Of a stretch of 64,000 bases of DNA, positions 28,305 through 38,869 are shown in pieces. Position numbers and translations under genes: made by a program. The notes beneath the pieces were generated by a model that was not told the origin of the DNA, made no database searches, and saw nothing but the letters and a program-made list of their open reading frames with translations. How positions within the stretch are numbered: position 1 is the stretch's first letter; the number at the start of each line of letters is the position of its first letter. This DNA comes from Pseudomonadales bacterium (GTDB taxonomy: Bacteria > Pseudomonadota > Gammaproteobacteria > Pseudomonadales > Azotimanducaceae). The stretch is taken from contig OY762279.1 of the NCBI GenBank assembly GCA_963665455.1, positions 4,443,492 through 4,507,491 of the forward strand, read 5' to 3'.

Positions 28305-29104
28305 CCATCCCCTCCTGGGAAGCCCATCCCGGCACCGGCCCGTTCCTGCTCCTCGTGCATGGATTTCTCTCAAGCCGAGCCCAGTGGACGCCGAACCTGG
28401 AACCCCTCGGCGCGGTGTGCCGGCCGGTCACGCTGGAACTGTGGGGGCACGGACGCTCGCCCACGCCCGAGGACGATGCGGCCTACACCCCGGCCGGATA
28501 CATCGCGGCCATGGAGACGATCCGCGGCGAACTCGGCGCGGAGTCCTGGTTCGTCTGCGGCTACTCCCTGGGCGGCGCACTCACCATCCGCTACGCGCTC
28601 ACGCACCCGGAGCGCGTGACCGGTCACGTCTTCACCAACTCGATGTCCGCGTTCGCCGACGCGGCCCTGGTGAAGCAATGGTCCGAGACCGGCCAACGGT
28701 CCGGCGACGCCATCGAGCACGCCGGCCTGCCCGCCATCGAGCGCATTTCCGTGCATCCGAGGCACGCCCGCCGCCTGCCGTCCGACATGCGGGAGGCCCT
28801 GCTGCGTGACGCCGCGTTGCTGGATCCCCGCGGGGTCGCCAACACCATCCGCCACACCACGCCGGGGGCCAGCGTGCGCGCGGATGTCGCGGCGAACAGC
28901 GTGCCGGCGCTGCTCGCCTGCGGCCGCTTCGAGAAACGTTTCGACCCCCACAGGAGGTTCGCGGAAACGCACATGCCCGACCTTCGCGTCGTGGAAATGG
29001 ATGCCGGGCACGGGGTGAACATGCAGGATGCCACCCGGTTCAACGCCGCGGTCGCGGACTTCATCGCCACCCACGCCGTCGAGGGCAACGCGGCGCGCAC
29101 GTGA
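28301..29104 (+). CDS. alpha/beta hydrolase
   Basis: LLLVHGFLSS...VCGYSLGGALT (GxSxG). GTGA overlap with the upstream gene. Confidence 0.75.
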   Translation: MTIPSWEAHPGTGPFLLLVHGFLSSRAQWTPNLEPLGAVCRPVTLELWGHGRSPTPEDDAAYTPAGYIAAMETIRGELGAESWFVCGYSLGGALTIRYALTHPERVTGHVFTNSMSAFADAALVKQWSETGQRSGDAIEHAGLPAIERISVHPRHARRLPSDMREALLRDAALLDPRGVANTIRHTTPGASVRADVAANSVPALLACGRFEKRFDPHRRFAETHMPDLRVVEMDAGHGVNMQDATRFNAAVADFIATHAVEGNAART

Positions 29105-29916
29105 CCCACATCGTCGACACCCTGATCGAGGAGCGCGCCACCCGCCTCATGCGCCATCCCGCCATGTGGCGCGTGCTACTTGCCGGGTTGCGTCCCCTGC
29201 TCGGCTATCGCAGCGCCATCGAGATGGCCGACGCGATCACGGCGATGACCGGCGACGAGGTACTGCGCTACGTGAGCGCGTCCCTCACGCTCGACGTGCG
29301 CGTGCGTGGCGCCCACCACGTGCCCACCACAGGGCGCGCCATCGTAGCGCCGAACCATCCAACCGGCATCGCCGACGGTGTGGCCGTGTTCGACGCACTG
29401 AAGACACGGCGGACGGACATCACCTTTTTCGCCAATCGGGACGCGATCCGCGTCTGCCCGGGCCTCGCGGACACCATCATTCCAGTGGAATGGATCGAGG
29501 CGAAGCGCACGCCCGCACGCAACCGGGAAACGCTCCGCGCAACCATCGAGGCGTTCCGGCGCGAACGACTGGTGGTGATCTTTCCGTCCGGCCGCCTGGC
29601 CCGGCCAACGCTGCAAGGGCTGCGGGAACGGCCTTGGCAGACGACGGCGGTGAACTTGGCACGCAAGTTCTACGCGCCGGTGATTCCGATGCACATCCTG
29701 GCGCGCAACTCGCTACTCTTCTACTGCTTCTGGCTGATTCACGAGGAACTGCGCGACATCACGCTGTTCCGAGAACTGCTAAACAAGGAAGCGCGGGTCT
29801 ACGACGTTTCCATCGGCCCGGCGTTTAGCGCGACGGACGACGCCCAGGCCGCGACTGCGGCGCTGTGCCGGATTGTTACGGAGCGGATGCGGGCGGAGGC
29901 GAAGGCCGCGCGCTGA
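29101..29916 (+). CDS. lysophospholipid acyltransferase (LPLAT/PlsC-like) family protein
   Basis: NHPTGIADG (H-x4-D) and VIFPSGRLARP blocks. GTGA overlap with the upstream gene. Confidence 0.6.
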   Translation: MTHIVDTLIEERATRLMRHPAMWRVLLAGLRPLLGYRSAIEMADAITAMTGDEVLRYVSASLTLDVRVRGAHHVPTTGRAIVAPNHPTGIADGVAVFDALKTRRTDITFFANRDAIRVCPGLADTIIPVEWIEAKRTPARNRETLRATIEAFRRERLVVIFPSGRLARPTLQGLRERPWQTTAVNLARKFYAPVIPMHILARNSLLFYCFWLIHEELRDITLFRELLNKEARVYDVSIGPAFSATDDAQAATAALCRIVTERMRAEAKAAR

Positions 29917-30742
29917 GTGGCCTCACTTGTTTGGTCTCGGCGTCGCCGCAGCTTGCGAGGATGTGGTACGCACGGTCCTCGGTAACGCCGACGCGGCGCT
30001 CCCCGCTCGCCGTGCGCAACACGACATCGGCGGTTGTCGCCTCCAAGAGTTCGAGCACCGGTTCGTCCAGCAACGCCTCCGCGGCCTGCGCCTTGGGCGG
30101 GAATGCGGAGCGGCCCCGAACGTGGGGCTTCGAAATGCGGCCCGCCTCCACCTCGTCGACGAACGCCGGCACGTCTTCCGGCCGCACGCGCCCATAGAGC
30201 ACGCCCTGGGGCAGGACGACGACGTTGGGCGCGAAGCGATGGCCCCCGACGTGGGTCGTTTGCCAGGCCCGCCCGCCGACCCGCTCGCGAAGCGCCCGGT
30301 ACGCGGGCAGGCCGTAGCGCGCGCAGCAGAGGTCGCGCTGGCCGTTGGTGCAGACGAAGTAGTGCGCTGCCTCGACTCGCGTGAATCGCTCCGCCAGCGT
30401 CTCGTCCCGGGTGAGGTCCAGGCCTTGCATGGCGTCATAGCCGAGGGATTCGAAGCGGAACAGCGCCCCGGCGCGCGCCACGAACAGCGTCGTGCGGTCC
30501 GTGTCGATCTCGGGACGGCGCACGAACTGCGGACGGACGGCGAGACCAAGTGCCTCCAGGCCCGCCACTTGTTCCGCCAGCCAGTCGCGCGCCCCCGCCG
30601 AGAGGGCGTTGTCCTCGACCGCCTTCCGCCGCCACACCGGCGCGTACTCGAGCAGCAGCCAAACGTCCACCCGCGGCGCGGTGCCGGCCATCGGCTCCCC
30701 CGACGCGGCGCACAGGTCGGAGCAGTAGTCCCGGTCGCTCAT
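29876..30742 (-). CDS. sucrase/ferredoxin-like (thioredoxin-like [2Fe-2S]) family protein
   Basis: ATG 30742 (MSDRDYCSDLC...) inside track ORF 29876..30946. HYFVCTNGQRDLCCARYG and HVGGHRFAPNVVVLPQG are typical of this family. The 3' end overlaps the convergent acyltransferase gene by 41 nt. Confidence 0.6.
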   Translation of the reverse strand: MSDRDYCSDLCAASGEPMAGTAPRVDVWLLLEYAPVWRRKAVEDNALSAGARDWLAEQVAGLEALGLAVRPQFVRRPEIDTDRTTLFVARAGALFRFESLGYDAMQGLDLTRDETLAERFTRVEAAHYFVCTNGQRDLCCARYGLPAYRALRERVGGRAWQTTHVGGHRFAPNVVVLPQGVLYGRVRPEDVPAFVDEVEAGRISKPHVRGRSAFPPKAQAAEALLDEPVLELLEATTADVVLRTASGERRVGVTEDRAYHILASCGDAETKQVRPLSARPSPPPASAP

Positions 30743-30887
30743 CCGCGTGATGGTAAACCGGGCCGCGCGGGGGCCACAACGCGCGACGCCACCCATGCCG
30801 CCACGCGCCCGACCATGCCGGCGGCGAGCCACCCGTTTATCATGGCGGGCCATCCGGCGACCGTCGCCGGTCGGCCCGGGAGCGAAC

Positions 30888-32294
30888 ATGGACCGTTTCA
30901 TCGACGCGGCGATGCGGCCCGTCGCCGACCTCGTATCCGCGTTCATCTTCTACAGCGTGCCCCTGTTCGGCGCGGACGTGCCGCTGATCGTCGTCTGGCT
31001 CGTCGCCGGGGGCGTCTTCTTCACGGTCTACCTGCGCTTCGTCAACATTCGGGGCTTCCTGCACGCGATCCGCGTCGTCTCCGGCCGCTACAAGGCACCG
31101 GGCGACCCCGGCGAGGTGTCCCAGTTCCAGGCCCTCAGCACCGCGGTCTCCGGGACGGTAGGCATCGGCAACATCGCCGGCGTGGCCGTGGCGATCTCCA
31201 TCGGCGGGCCGGGCGCCACGTTCTGGCTGATCGTCTCCGGGCTGCTCGGCATGTCCACCAAGTTCGCGGAGTGCACCCTCGGCGTCCTCTACCGCCGCGA
31301 CAACCCGGATGGGTCGGTGTCGGGCGGACCCATGTACTACCTGGAGCGCGGGCTGTCGGAGCGCCGCTGGCCCCGGCTCGGCAAGGCGTTGGGCATGTTC
31401 TATGCCGCGAGCATGGTCATCGGCTGCGTCGGCATCGGCAGCATGTTCCAGTCCAACCAGGCGACGGCCATCGTGGTGAACGTCACCGGCAGCACGGTGC
31501 TGGCGGACAACGCCTGGCTGATGGGCACGGCCCTCGCCGTGCTGGTGGGGCTCGTCATCGTCGGCGGCATCCGCTCGATCGCGAACACCACGGTAAGGCT
31601 CGTACCGACGATGGCGCTCCTCTACGTGATCTCCGCCCTCGTCATCATCGGCCTGAACGCCGAGCGCGTGCCGGCCGCCTTCGTCGCGATATGGAACGGC
31701 GCGTTCGCACCCGAGGGCGTCGCCGGGGGCATCATCGGCGTCATCATCATCGGCTTTCGCCGCGCCGTCTTCTCCAACGAGGCGGGGCTCGGCAGCGCCG
31801 CGATCGCGCACGCCACGGCACGCACCCCGAAACCCGTGAGCGAGGGATTCGTCGCGCTCCTCGAACCGTTCATCGACACGGTGGTGATCTGTACGATGAC
31901 GGCACTCGTCATCATCACCACGATCTACGATCCGGCGCTGGCGAACGGTGAGGTCAGCGGCGTCGAACTAACGACCCAAGCGTTCGCCTCGACGCTCTCC
32001 TGGTCGCCCATCCCCCTCGCCATCGCGACCGTCCTCTTCGCCTTCTCGACGATGATCGCCTGGGCCTACTACGGCCTGAAGGCGTTCACCTACCTCGTCG
32101 GCGAGGGACGCATGCGCGACCTCGGCTTCAAGACGTTCTACTGCCTCACCGTGATCGTGGGCTCAAGCATCACCCTGAGCTCCCTGATCGATCTCTCGGA
32201 CGCCTTGGTGTTCGTCGTCGCCATCCCGAACCTGATCGGGCTCTATGTGCTGGCGCCGGTGGTGAAACGGGAGTTGGAGGCGTATCGGCCGTAG
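30888..32294 (+). CDS. alanine/glycine:cation symporter (AGCS) family
   Basis: ATG 30888. ...GEVSQFQALSTAVSGTVGIGNIAGVAVAISIGGPGATFW is the AGCS signature region. Confidence 0.85.
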   Translation: MDRFIDAAMRPVADLVSAFIFYSVPLFGADVPLIVVWLVAGGVFFTVYLRFVNIRGFLHAIRVVSGRYKAPGDPGEVSQFQALSTAVSGTVGIGNIAGVAVAISIGGPGATFWLIVSGLLGMSTKFAECTLGVLYRRDNPDGSVSGGPMYYLERGLSERRWPRLGKALGMFYAASMVIGCVGIGSMFQSNQATAIVVNVTGSTVLADNAWLMGTALAVLVGLVIVGGIRSIANTTVRLVPTMALLYVISALVIIGLNAERVPAAFVAIWNGAFAPEGVAGGIIGVIIIGFRRAVFSNEAGLGSAAIAHATARTPKPVSEGFVALLEPFIDTVVICTMTALVIITTIYDPALANGEVSGVELTTQAFASTLSWSPIPLAIATVLFAFSTMIAWAYYGLKAFTYLVGEGRMRDLGFKTFYCLTVIVGSSITLSSLIDLSDALVFVVAIPNLIGLYVLAPVVKRELEAYRP

Positions 32295-32309
32295 CGGCCC
32301 CAACGGAGG

Positions 32310-33542
32310 CTAACCGTTCGTGCCTCCCAGCGACGCCGGCACGCTCACGATCCCCCCATCGACCAAGTTTCCCAACTCCGTCTCGGAGTATCCGAGTTCC
32401 GAGAGGATCTCCGCCGTATGCTCTCCGAGCAACGGCGCGCCGTGGCGGATCTGCATGGGGGCACCTTCGAATACGGCCGCGTTGCGGGCTTGGCGGAGGC
32501 GTCCCGCGTGGGCGTGCTCGCTCTCGACGAGGATCCCGCTCGCCTGTAGCTGCGGGTGCTCCACGGCCTGGCTGCGCGTCAAGACCGGCGCGCACGGCAC
32601 GCCCTCCGCATCGAGGGCCTCCAGCCATTCGTTGGCGGTGCGGGTGAGCAGCACCTCCTGGATCAACGCCAGCCGCTCGTCCGCGTTCCGGTGGCGCGCG
32701 CCGGCCGACCGGAAGCGCGGGTCGGCGATCAGTTCCGGTTGCCCGGCGGCGCGGCAGAACCCCGCCCACTGGTCGTTGGTCATGGTCGAGATGGTGACGT
32801 AACCGGTCTTCGTCTCGTAGATGAGGTCGATGATCGTGGCGGCCGCCTGGGCCGAGACCTCGCGGTCCAGGAACGTCTGCTCGCCCATGTCCGAGGACCA
32901 CATGAAGGCGACCACGGAGTCGAGCATGGAGAGGCGGATGTGCTGCCCCTCCCCGGTTCGCTCCCGCGCCACCAGGGCACTCGATATCGCCTGCGCGGCG
33001 GTCATCCCCGTCAGCTTGTCCGGCAGGATGGTGCGGATGAGCTTCGGCCGAACGTCGTCCGAGCCCGCCTGCACCGTCGTCAATCCCGACAGCGCCTGGA
33101 TGAGCGGATCGTAGACCGGCTTATGCGCAAACGGTCCCGACTCGCCGAAGCCGCTCATGGAGACGTAGACGATCTGCCCATTCACGGCCCGCAGGGCGGG
33201 TTCGTCGATGCCGAGGCGGGTCATCACGCCCGGGCGGTAGTTCTGTACGAAGACATCGGCCGTCGCGGCGAGACGCAACAGAATTTCGCGCCCCGCATCG
33301 GTGGTGGCGTCCACCGACAGCGAGCGCTTGTTGCGGTTGTTGTTCAGGAAGACGGAATTGAGCTGGGCGGCGCCCTCGCCCCCTCCCCGCGCGAAGTCGC
33401 GGCGGCGTGGACCCTCCACCTTGATGACGTCCGCGCCCTGGTCGGCCAGGATCATCGCGGCGTAGGGACCCGCCACGACGTTGGTGAAGTCGATGACGCG
33501 GATGCCGTCGAGCGGTCCCGCGTACCCTCCCGTGCCCGCCAT
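32310..33542 (-). CDS. family III CoA-transferase (CaiB/BaiF)
   Basis: LDGIRVIDFTNVVAGPYAAMILADQGADVIKVE N-terminal signature; 410 aa. Confidence 0.85.
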   Translation of the reverse strand: MAGTGGYAGPLDGIRVIDFTNVVAGPYAAMILADQGADVIKVEGPRRRDFARGGGEGAAQLNSVFLNNNRNKRSLSVDATTDAGREILLRLAATADVFVQNYRPGVMTRLGIDEPALRAVNGQIVYVSMSGFGESGPFAHKPVYDPLIQALSGLTTVQAGSDDVRPKLIRTILPDKLTGMTAAQAISSALVARERTGEGQHIRLSMLDSVVAFMWSSDMGEQTFLDREVSAQAAATIIDLIYETKTGYVTISTMTNDQWAGFCRAAGQPELIADPRFRSAGARHRNADERLALIQEVLLTRTANEWLEALDAEGVPCAPVLTRSQAVEHPQLQASGILVESEHAHAGRLRQARNAAVFEGAPMQIRHGAPLLGEHTAEILSELGYSETELGNLVDGGIVSVPASLGGTNG

Positions 33543-33548
33543 CCCCGC

Positions 33549-34781
33549 TCAGCCCGCCGCGGCTTCGTGATGTTCGGCGCGGCGCGCCTGTTCTTGGCCA
33601 ATGGCACCCCCTTCGCGCAGCCGTTCTAGCGTGGCGGCATCGAGCCCGAGATCCTCGGCCAGCACCTCGTCGGTATGCTCGCCAAGCAACGGCGCCGGCG
33701 AAATCCCCACGCTGCTCCCCGACATGCGCGCCGGCCAGCCCAGCACCCGGACGCGGCCGTGTTCGGCGTGGTCGAGTTCGTGTACGAAGCCGCGCTCGAC
33801 CAAGTGCGGATCGGAGAACAACTCGTGGGTCTCGAACACCTGGCTCGCGCAAACACCCGCCTCCGCGAACGCGTGCATCGCCTCCCCCTTCGTGCGCCCG
33901 AGGGTCCACGCCGTGATTTCGTCCGTCAGTGCCTCCCGATGCTCGCGCCGCGCATCGGCCGAACCGAACCGAGGATCCTCCAGCAGGCCGGGCTTGCCGA
34001 TCACCCGGCACACCGCCGCCCACATGCGCGGGTTCACCGCCATCAGGAAGACGTAGTCGTTCAATCCACCCGGCGCACAGGGGTAAAGCGCGACGAACGC
34101 GTTGTCGCTGTCGCCCATGCGTGGCGTGGGCTCGTTGCCGAAGTTCGAGTAGGAGATGGCCGTGCGCATGTAGTACGTCATGGCCTCCTGCATGGAGAGC
34201 TCGATAAGCTGCCCCTCCCCGGTACGGAGCTTCTGCGCCCACGCCGCCGAGATGGCGAGGGCCGCCTGCATCCCGGTGCCCGCGTCCCCCATCGTCACGC
34301 CAGGCCGCAGGGGCGGCCCGTTCTGGTAGCCGGTGACGGAGAAGGCCCCCGCCGCGGCCTGGGCGACCATGTCCATGCACTTGTAGTGCGCGTACGGCCC
34401 GCTCGTGCCGAACCCCTTGATGCGCGCGTAGATGATGTCCGGCTTGATCTCGCGCATGACGTCGTAGCCGATGTCGAGCTTCTCCACGACGCCCGGCCCG
34501 TAGTTCTCCACGAACACGTCGTAGTGCGGGACCATCTCCAGGAGCAGCTCGCGGCCGGCGGCGTTGCCGAGATCAATCGTGACGCTGCGCTTGTTGCTGT
34601 TCCAGTTGACGAAGTACTCGGAATCCTTCTCGCGGCCCCACAGCTTCCGTCCCGGGTCGCCCACGTCCGGCTGCTCTACCTTCACCACGGTCGCACCCAG
34701 GAAGGCGAGGGACTGCGTGCAGCAAGTGCCCGCCTCCCACTGGGTCATGTCGAGAATGCGGAGTCCGTCGAGGGCGGCCAT
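33549..34781 (-). CDS. family III CoA-transferase (CaiB/BaiF)
   Basis: LDGLRILDMTQWEAGTCCTQSLAFLGATVVKVE; 410-aa paralog, 6 nt upstream of the previous one. Confidence 0.85.
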   Translation of the reverse strand: MAALDGLRILDMTQWEAGTCCTQSLAFLGATVVKVEQPDVGDPGRKLWGREKDSEYFVNWNSNKRSVTIDLGNAAGRELLLEMVPHYDVFVENYGPGVVEKLDIGYDVMREIKPDIIYARIKGFGTSGPYAHYKCMDMVAQAAAGAFSVTGYQNGPPLRPGVTMGDAGTGMQAALAISAAWAQKLRTGEGQLIELSMQEAMTYYMRTAISYSNFGNEPTPRMGDSDNAFVALYPCAPGGLNDYVFLMAVNPRMWAAVCRVIGKPGLLEDPRFGSADARREHREALTDEITAWTLGRTKGEAMHAFAEAGVCASQVFETHELFSDPHLVERGFVHELDHAEHGRVRVLGWPARMSGSSVGISPAPLLGEHTDEVLAEDLGLDAATLERLREGGAIGQEQARRAEHHEAAAG

Positions 34782-34868
34782 CGGATTGAATCCCCTTGGG
34801 CGTGTGGCGGAATTGTCCGCTTTCTCGGCGGTTTGTCGAGCCTGCGCAAAGCGACCGGCGACCGGGGG

Positions 34869-37229
34869 CTAGGTGCCCAGGCGATACCGCAGCTTAACGA
34901 CGACCTGCTCCGCAACGGGCTCGTCGAGCGCGTTCGCGAAGAGCCCGGTGAAACCCTCGCCCACGGCGCTCGGCAGGCTTGCATGCCGGGTGTAGACGAC
35001 GAACAGGTCGGACATCGGGGCGAGTTCCCAACGGTACCGGACCTGTAGGGCGAGTTCCGAGATCGTAAAGGCGTCGTCGGTGTCGGCCCCGCCGGCGACC
35101 GGAATCAGGTCCCCCGCGCGTTCGGGCAGCCGGAAATAGGCGGTGTCGCTCGCGTGCACGCCCACCCATTGCAGGGCCACCCGAAACTGCTGGCGCGCGC
35201 TTGGGAAGTAGTCCAGGTTCCATCGTGGAATCCACTGCTCCGCCTCGAAGGACGTCATGCGGCGATCGCCCCGATACAGGAGCCAGCCGTCCCGCGTGAC
35301 GTAGTCGAGGCCCGCCTCCAGGGTCACGCGGTCCGTCGGCCGCCATGTGAGCGACCCTTGATAGGTGGCCTTGCCACCGTCCAAAGGCTCGTCCTCCCAG
35401 CCAAAGCCCACCTCGTACGAGAAGCGCCTAGCGCTATCCGATTCGTACGACGTGTTCACGTCCCACCGGTCCCGGACGCGAAAGCTCCCCGCGCCAAAGG
35501 CCCCCCGGTCGTCGAGGCCGGCGGCGTCGAAACCGCCCCGCAGCCGGACTTGCGCCTGGTTGTGCAGACGGTAGCTCTGATAGACACCGATTCTGGAAGC
35601 CACGCGTTCGCCCTCTGCGTTGTGTCCCCAGTCCAGGCCGACGCTCGACCACCTGTCGCGGACCCAGCCGAGGTCGGAGCGCTGCGTCCGCACGCGGTAC
35701 TGGTAGCGGGTCAGGTCGTTGCGGTACAGGTACCCCATGTCGTTGAGTTCGAGATCCGGGTCGAAGTGGTCGACCGAGACCTGGTGGGACAACCCTTGCC
35801 GGGGCGCCCAGACGAGGTCCACGAAACCGCCATGGCCGCGCGTGTCCTCCACGTCCGAAGAGACCAACTGCGCGTCCGCCCGCCAGCTGCCGTCGGCGTT
35901 CTGGAAGTGCCCGTCCAACGCCTGCACGTGGGCTTCGCCGTGCAGCCGGTCCGCGTGGGTCGACATCCAGCCGACGGCCCGGTAGGGGCCCTCGGTGCGC
36001 TCGTAGAGCACCCGCACCGCCTCGAAATCCCGGCCGTCCTGCCGGAGGCGCTCGGTGCGCCCGGCGGCGTCCGTGGCCGTGAACGCAGTCTCGTCCTCCA
36101 TCGCCGCGAGGAACCCCCAGCGCAGGCCACCCCGCTGCCCCGTCATCTTCGCGGCGCCAAGCAGTTCGGTCGGGCGGGCGAACGCCGCGTCCTCCACCGT
36201 GCGGCCATCCGCGAGCCGCGGCCGTTCCGCCGGCGCCCCGATGCGCCGCGTGTGCAGGAGGAGGAACGGCGGCGAGGAACTGCGCCGAAACGTGCTCGCC
36301 CGGGGCGAGGTGACGAAAATCTCCTGGTCCTCCTGGAAGAACAGCCGCTTCTCCGGGTAGAACGTCTCGAATGCCGACAGGTTGACGATCACGTCGTCCG
36401 CCTCAACGTTGCCGAAATCGGGATTCAGCGTGGCGGTCACCCGCAGGTCCGACGACGGACGCCAACGCAGGTCCACCCCCACCTTGCCGGAGACGCTCTC
36501 CGCCAAGCGGTCATAGGTGCTGGAGGCATACGGCACCACGGCATACTCGTGGCGCGGATTCACGCCCTCGAGCACCAGCGGCTGGAAGTCCGAGATGAAC
36601 TTCGGGCGCGACCACGGCAACGCCGGCCAGCCCCAGCGCTCGTCCAGATACGCCACGGAGCGCTGGCCGAAGAAGCCCAGCCGGCGCTTGCCCTCCGTCC
36701 GGGGCATGTTGACGACGGACCAGGGCACGAACAGCTCGGCGGACCAGCCCGTGTCCGTGCGCGCGGTCGCCGCCCGCCAGGCACCGTCCCAGGTAAAGCT
36801 GTATTCCCGCTCCGGCAGCAGCGTGCCGTCCGACAGGCTGCCGCCGAGGGCGACCTGGAACCAGAAGCCGTAGCGTCCCTCCCCGGAGGTGTCCAGGTTG
36901 AACGTGAACGCGTCCCGCGTGAGGTAACCCTGGTCCCGCGGGCTCAGACGCTCGACCAAGGTGTCGGGCGGCTGCTCCATCTCCGCGCCGATGTAGAGGC
37001 CCTGGGGCGTGTAGAAGAAACGCACGGAGGTGCGGTGCGGCGGGGGTTGCATGGTGTCGGGCTGGACGACCCGGAACGTCGTGGAGGCCGGCACGGACTG
37101 CCAGATTTCCTCGTCGAGCCGTCCGTCGATGGACACGGAGGTGTCGTGGGGCGCTTCGGTCAGGTGCAGGGGCGGCACGCTGTCGCCACCCACGGCGGCG
37201 GCCAGAACCAGCGGCAGCACCAACGACAC
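34869..37229 (-). CDS. CBM9-like/DUF5916-type outer-membrane-associated protein
   Basis: Short leader, then SIDGRLDEEIWQSVPASTTF (carbohydrate-binding family 9-like start). Long beta-rich C-terminus ending ...VVKLRYRLGT. Confidence 0.55.
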   Translation of the reverse strand: MSLVLPLVLAAAVGGDSVPPLHLTEAPHDTSVSIDGRLDEEIWQSVPASTTFRVVQPDTMQPPPHRTSVRFFYTPQGLYIGAEMEQPPDTLVERLSPRDQGYLTRDAFTFNLDTSGEGRYGFWFQVALGGSLSDGTLLPEREYSFTWDGAWRAATARTDTGWSAELFVPWSVVNMPRTEGKRRLGFFGQRSVAYLDERWGWPALPWSRPKFISDFQPLVLEGVNPRHEYAVVPYASSTYDRLAESVSGKVGVDLRWRPSSDLRVTATLNPDFGNVEADDVIVNLSAFETFYPEKRLFFQEDQEIFVTSPRASTFRRSSSPPFLLLHTRRIGAPAERPRLADGRTVEDAAFARPTELLGAAKMTGQRGGLRWGFLAAMEDETAFTATDAAGRTERLRQDGRDFEAVRVLYERTEGPYRAVGWMSTHADRLHGEAHVQALDGHFQNADGSWRADAQLVSSDVEDTRGHGGFVDLVWAPRQGLSHQVSVDHFDPDLELNDMGYLYRNDLTRYQYRVRTQRSDLGWVRDRWSSVGLDWGHNAEGERVASRIGVYQSYRLHNQAQVRLRGGFDAAGLDDRGAFGAGSFRVRDRWDVNTSYESDSARRFSYEVGFGWEDEPLDGGKATYQGSLTWRPTDRVTLEAGLDYVTRDGWLLYRGDRRMTSFEAEQWIPRWNLDYFPSARQQFRVALQWVGVHASDTAYFRLPERAGDLIPVAGGADTDDAFTISELALQVRYRWELAPMSDLFVVYTRHASLPSAVGEGFTGLFANALDEPVAEQVVVKLRYRLGT

Positions 37230-37346
37230 GTTACGAAAGTCCCCGTTCCTGCCCTTCGCTACGGTCGCCGTCGATCAACGTGCCGAACTATGGGGCGCGG
37301 AAGATGTAGCATTCTACCCGAAGCGGCTTCGCATCTAAACCGTTGA

Positions 37347-38807
37347 TTAGCGGCGAAAGAAGGCCGCTACGCGCGCGTCCTCCACCGGCCGGGTCGTGGC
37401 CGCCACCACGACATAGACGAGGATCGACGCCAAGAGCGCCGGAAACACCTCGTGCAGGTGCGCTTGCCAGCCGAGCAGCAGCCAGCCGACCAACACCGCG
37501 ATCCCCGTTCCGAACGCCGCGAGCGCCGCAGTCTCGCTGCCACGCCGCCAGTGCAGGCCGATCACGACCGTCGGGATGAAGCACACGGCATAGAGGCTAC
37601 CGGAGAAGATGGTGATCTCGACAATGCCACCGGGCGGGTCGAGGGCGACCACGGCCGCCACCACGGCGAAGGCGATCACGCCCGAACGTGTCCAGGCGAT
37701 GGCCGAGCGGTCCGGCAGCGGGCCGAGTTCCATGCGAATGTCCCGCACCACCACGGAGGCGGCGACGAGGAGCACGCTGTCCAGCGACGACATCGCCGCC
37801 GCCAGGATGGCCACGACGAGGAAGTCTCCCACGAGGGCCGGGAACACCCGCGGGTCCGTAACCAAGAGCGGCACGACGAGATCGGTATCCGTCACGCCAT
37901 CGAGCAGGAAGCGCGCATAGAGCCCGACCGGCAGCAGCGAGAACTGCACGACGAGGATGCCGATGCCCGCGATCCACATCCCCGTGTGGATGCTGCGCGC
38001 GTCCCGGAGCCCGTAGAAGCGCGTGACCTGGCGCGGATCCACCAGCAGCTTGAGCGAGCCGGCCAGGGCGATGCCGACGAGGACGACGAAGGGAATGGCG
38101 GCATTCAGTTCCGTGAGATGGGACGTGTCCGGGCGGGTGCCCAGTTCCCGGATGATGCCCACGCCCCCCGCGGCGTGCGTCACGAAGCCGAAGAGCAGGA
38201 GCGCGCCGACGACCATGAGCACGCCCTGGAGTACGTCGGTACGGACCACCGACACGAACCCTCCGAGGGACGTATAGGACATCACGATGACGAGGGTGAT
38301 GCCGACCGCGGCCGGATACGGCACCCCGAGGAACGCCTCGAACAAGTTGCCCGCGCCCTTGAAGATGGCGATCAGGTAGAGAAGGCTGGAGAAGGCGATC
38401 ACCAGCGCGGAGGCGATCCGGACCCGCCGGCTTGCGAAGCGCACGGCGAGGAAGTCCGGCACGGTCACCGAATCCCATTGCGCCGTGAAGCGGCGCAGCC
38501 TCGGCGCGACGAGCCGCCACGACACGAAGGCCATGACCACGAGCATGACGGCCATCGTCAGCCACGGCACGCCGTACTCGTACCCCTTCCCGGCGTGGCC
38601 GATGTAGCTGTTCGTGCTCGCGAACGTCGCGTAGAACGAGACGCCGATGACGACGCCGCCCATGGAACGGCCACCGACGTAGAAGTCGCGGACCGCGCGC
38701 CCACGCCGCATCCCCGCCCGCGCGTGGGCGACGAGGAAGCCTGTGTACGCCGCGAAGAGCGCCACGGCGAACCAGTGCTGCGCCAGCCACGCGGCCGGTC
38801 CACTCAC
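37347..38807 (-). CDS. sodium:solute symporter (SSS) family transporter
   Basis: 486 aa polytopic. ...DFYVGGRSMGGVVIGVSFYATFASTNSYIGHAG is the typical SSS N-terminal region. Confidence 0.8.
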   Translation of the reverse strand: MSGPAAWLAQHWFAVALFAAYTGFLVAHARAGMRRGRAVRDFYVGGRSMGGVVIGVSFYATFASTNSYIGHAGKGYEYGVPWLTMAVMLVVMAFVSWRLVAPRLRRFTAQWDSVTVPDFLAVRFASRRVRIASALVIAFSSLLYLIAIFKGAGNLFEAFLGVPYPAAVGITLVIVMSYTSLGGFVSVVRTDVLQGVLMVVGALLLFGFVTHAAGGVGIIRELGTRPDTSHLTELNAAIPFVVLVGIALAGSLKLLVDPRQVTRFYGLRDARSIHTGMWIAGIGILVVQFSLLPVGLYARFLLDGVTDTDLVVPLLVTDPRVFPALVGDFLVVAILAAAMSSLDSVLLVAASVVVRDIRMELGPLPDRSAIAWTRSGVIAFAVVAAVVALDPPGGIVEITIFSGSLYAVCFIPTVVIGLHWRRGSETAALAAFGTGIAVLVGWLLLGWQAHLHEVFPALLASILVYVVVAATTRPVEDARVAAFFRR

Positions 38808-38869
38808 GATTTGCTCCCTTCGTGGCGGCGCGGGTATGCTCGCTCCACGACAGGCGACGCGGACCCTCG

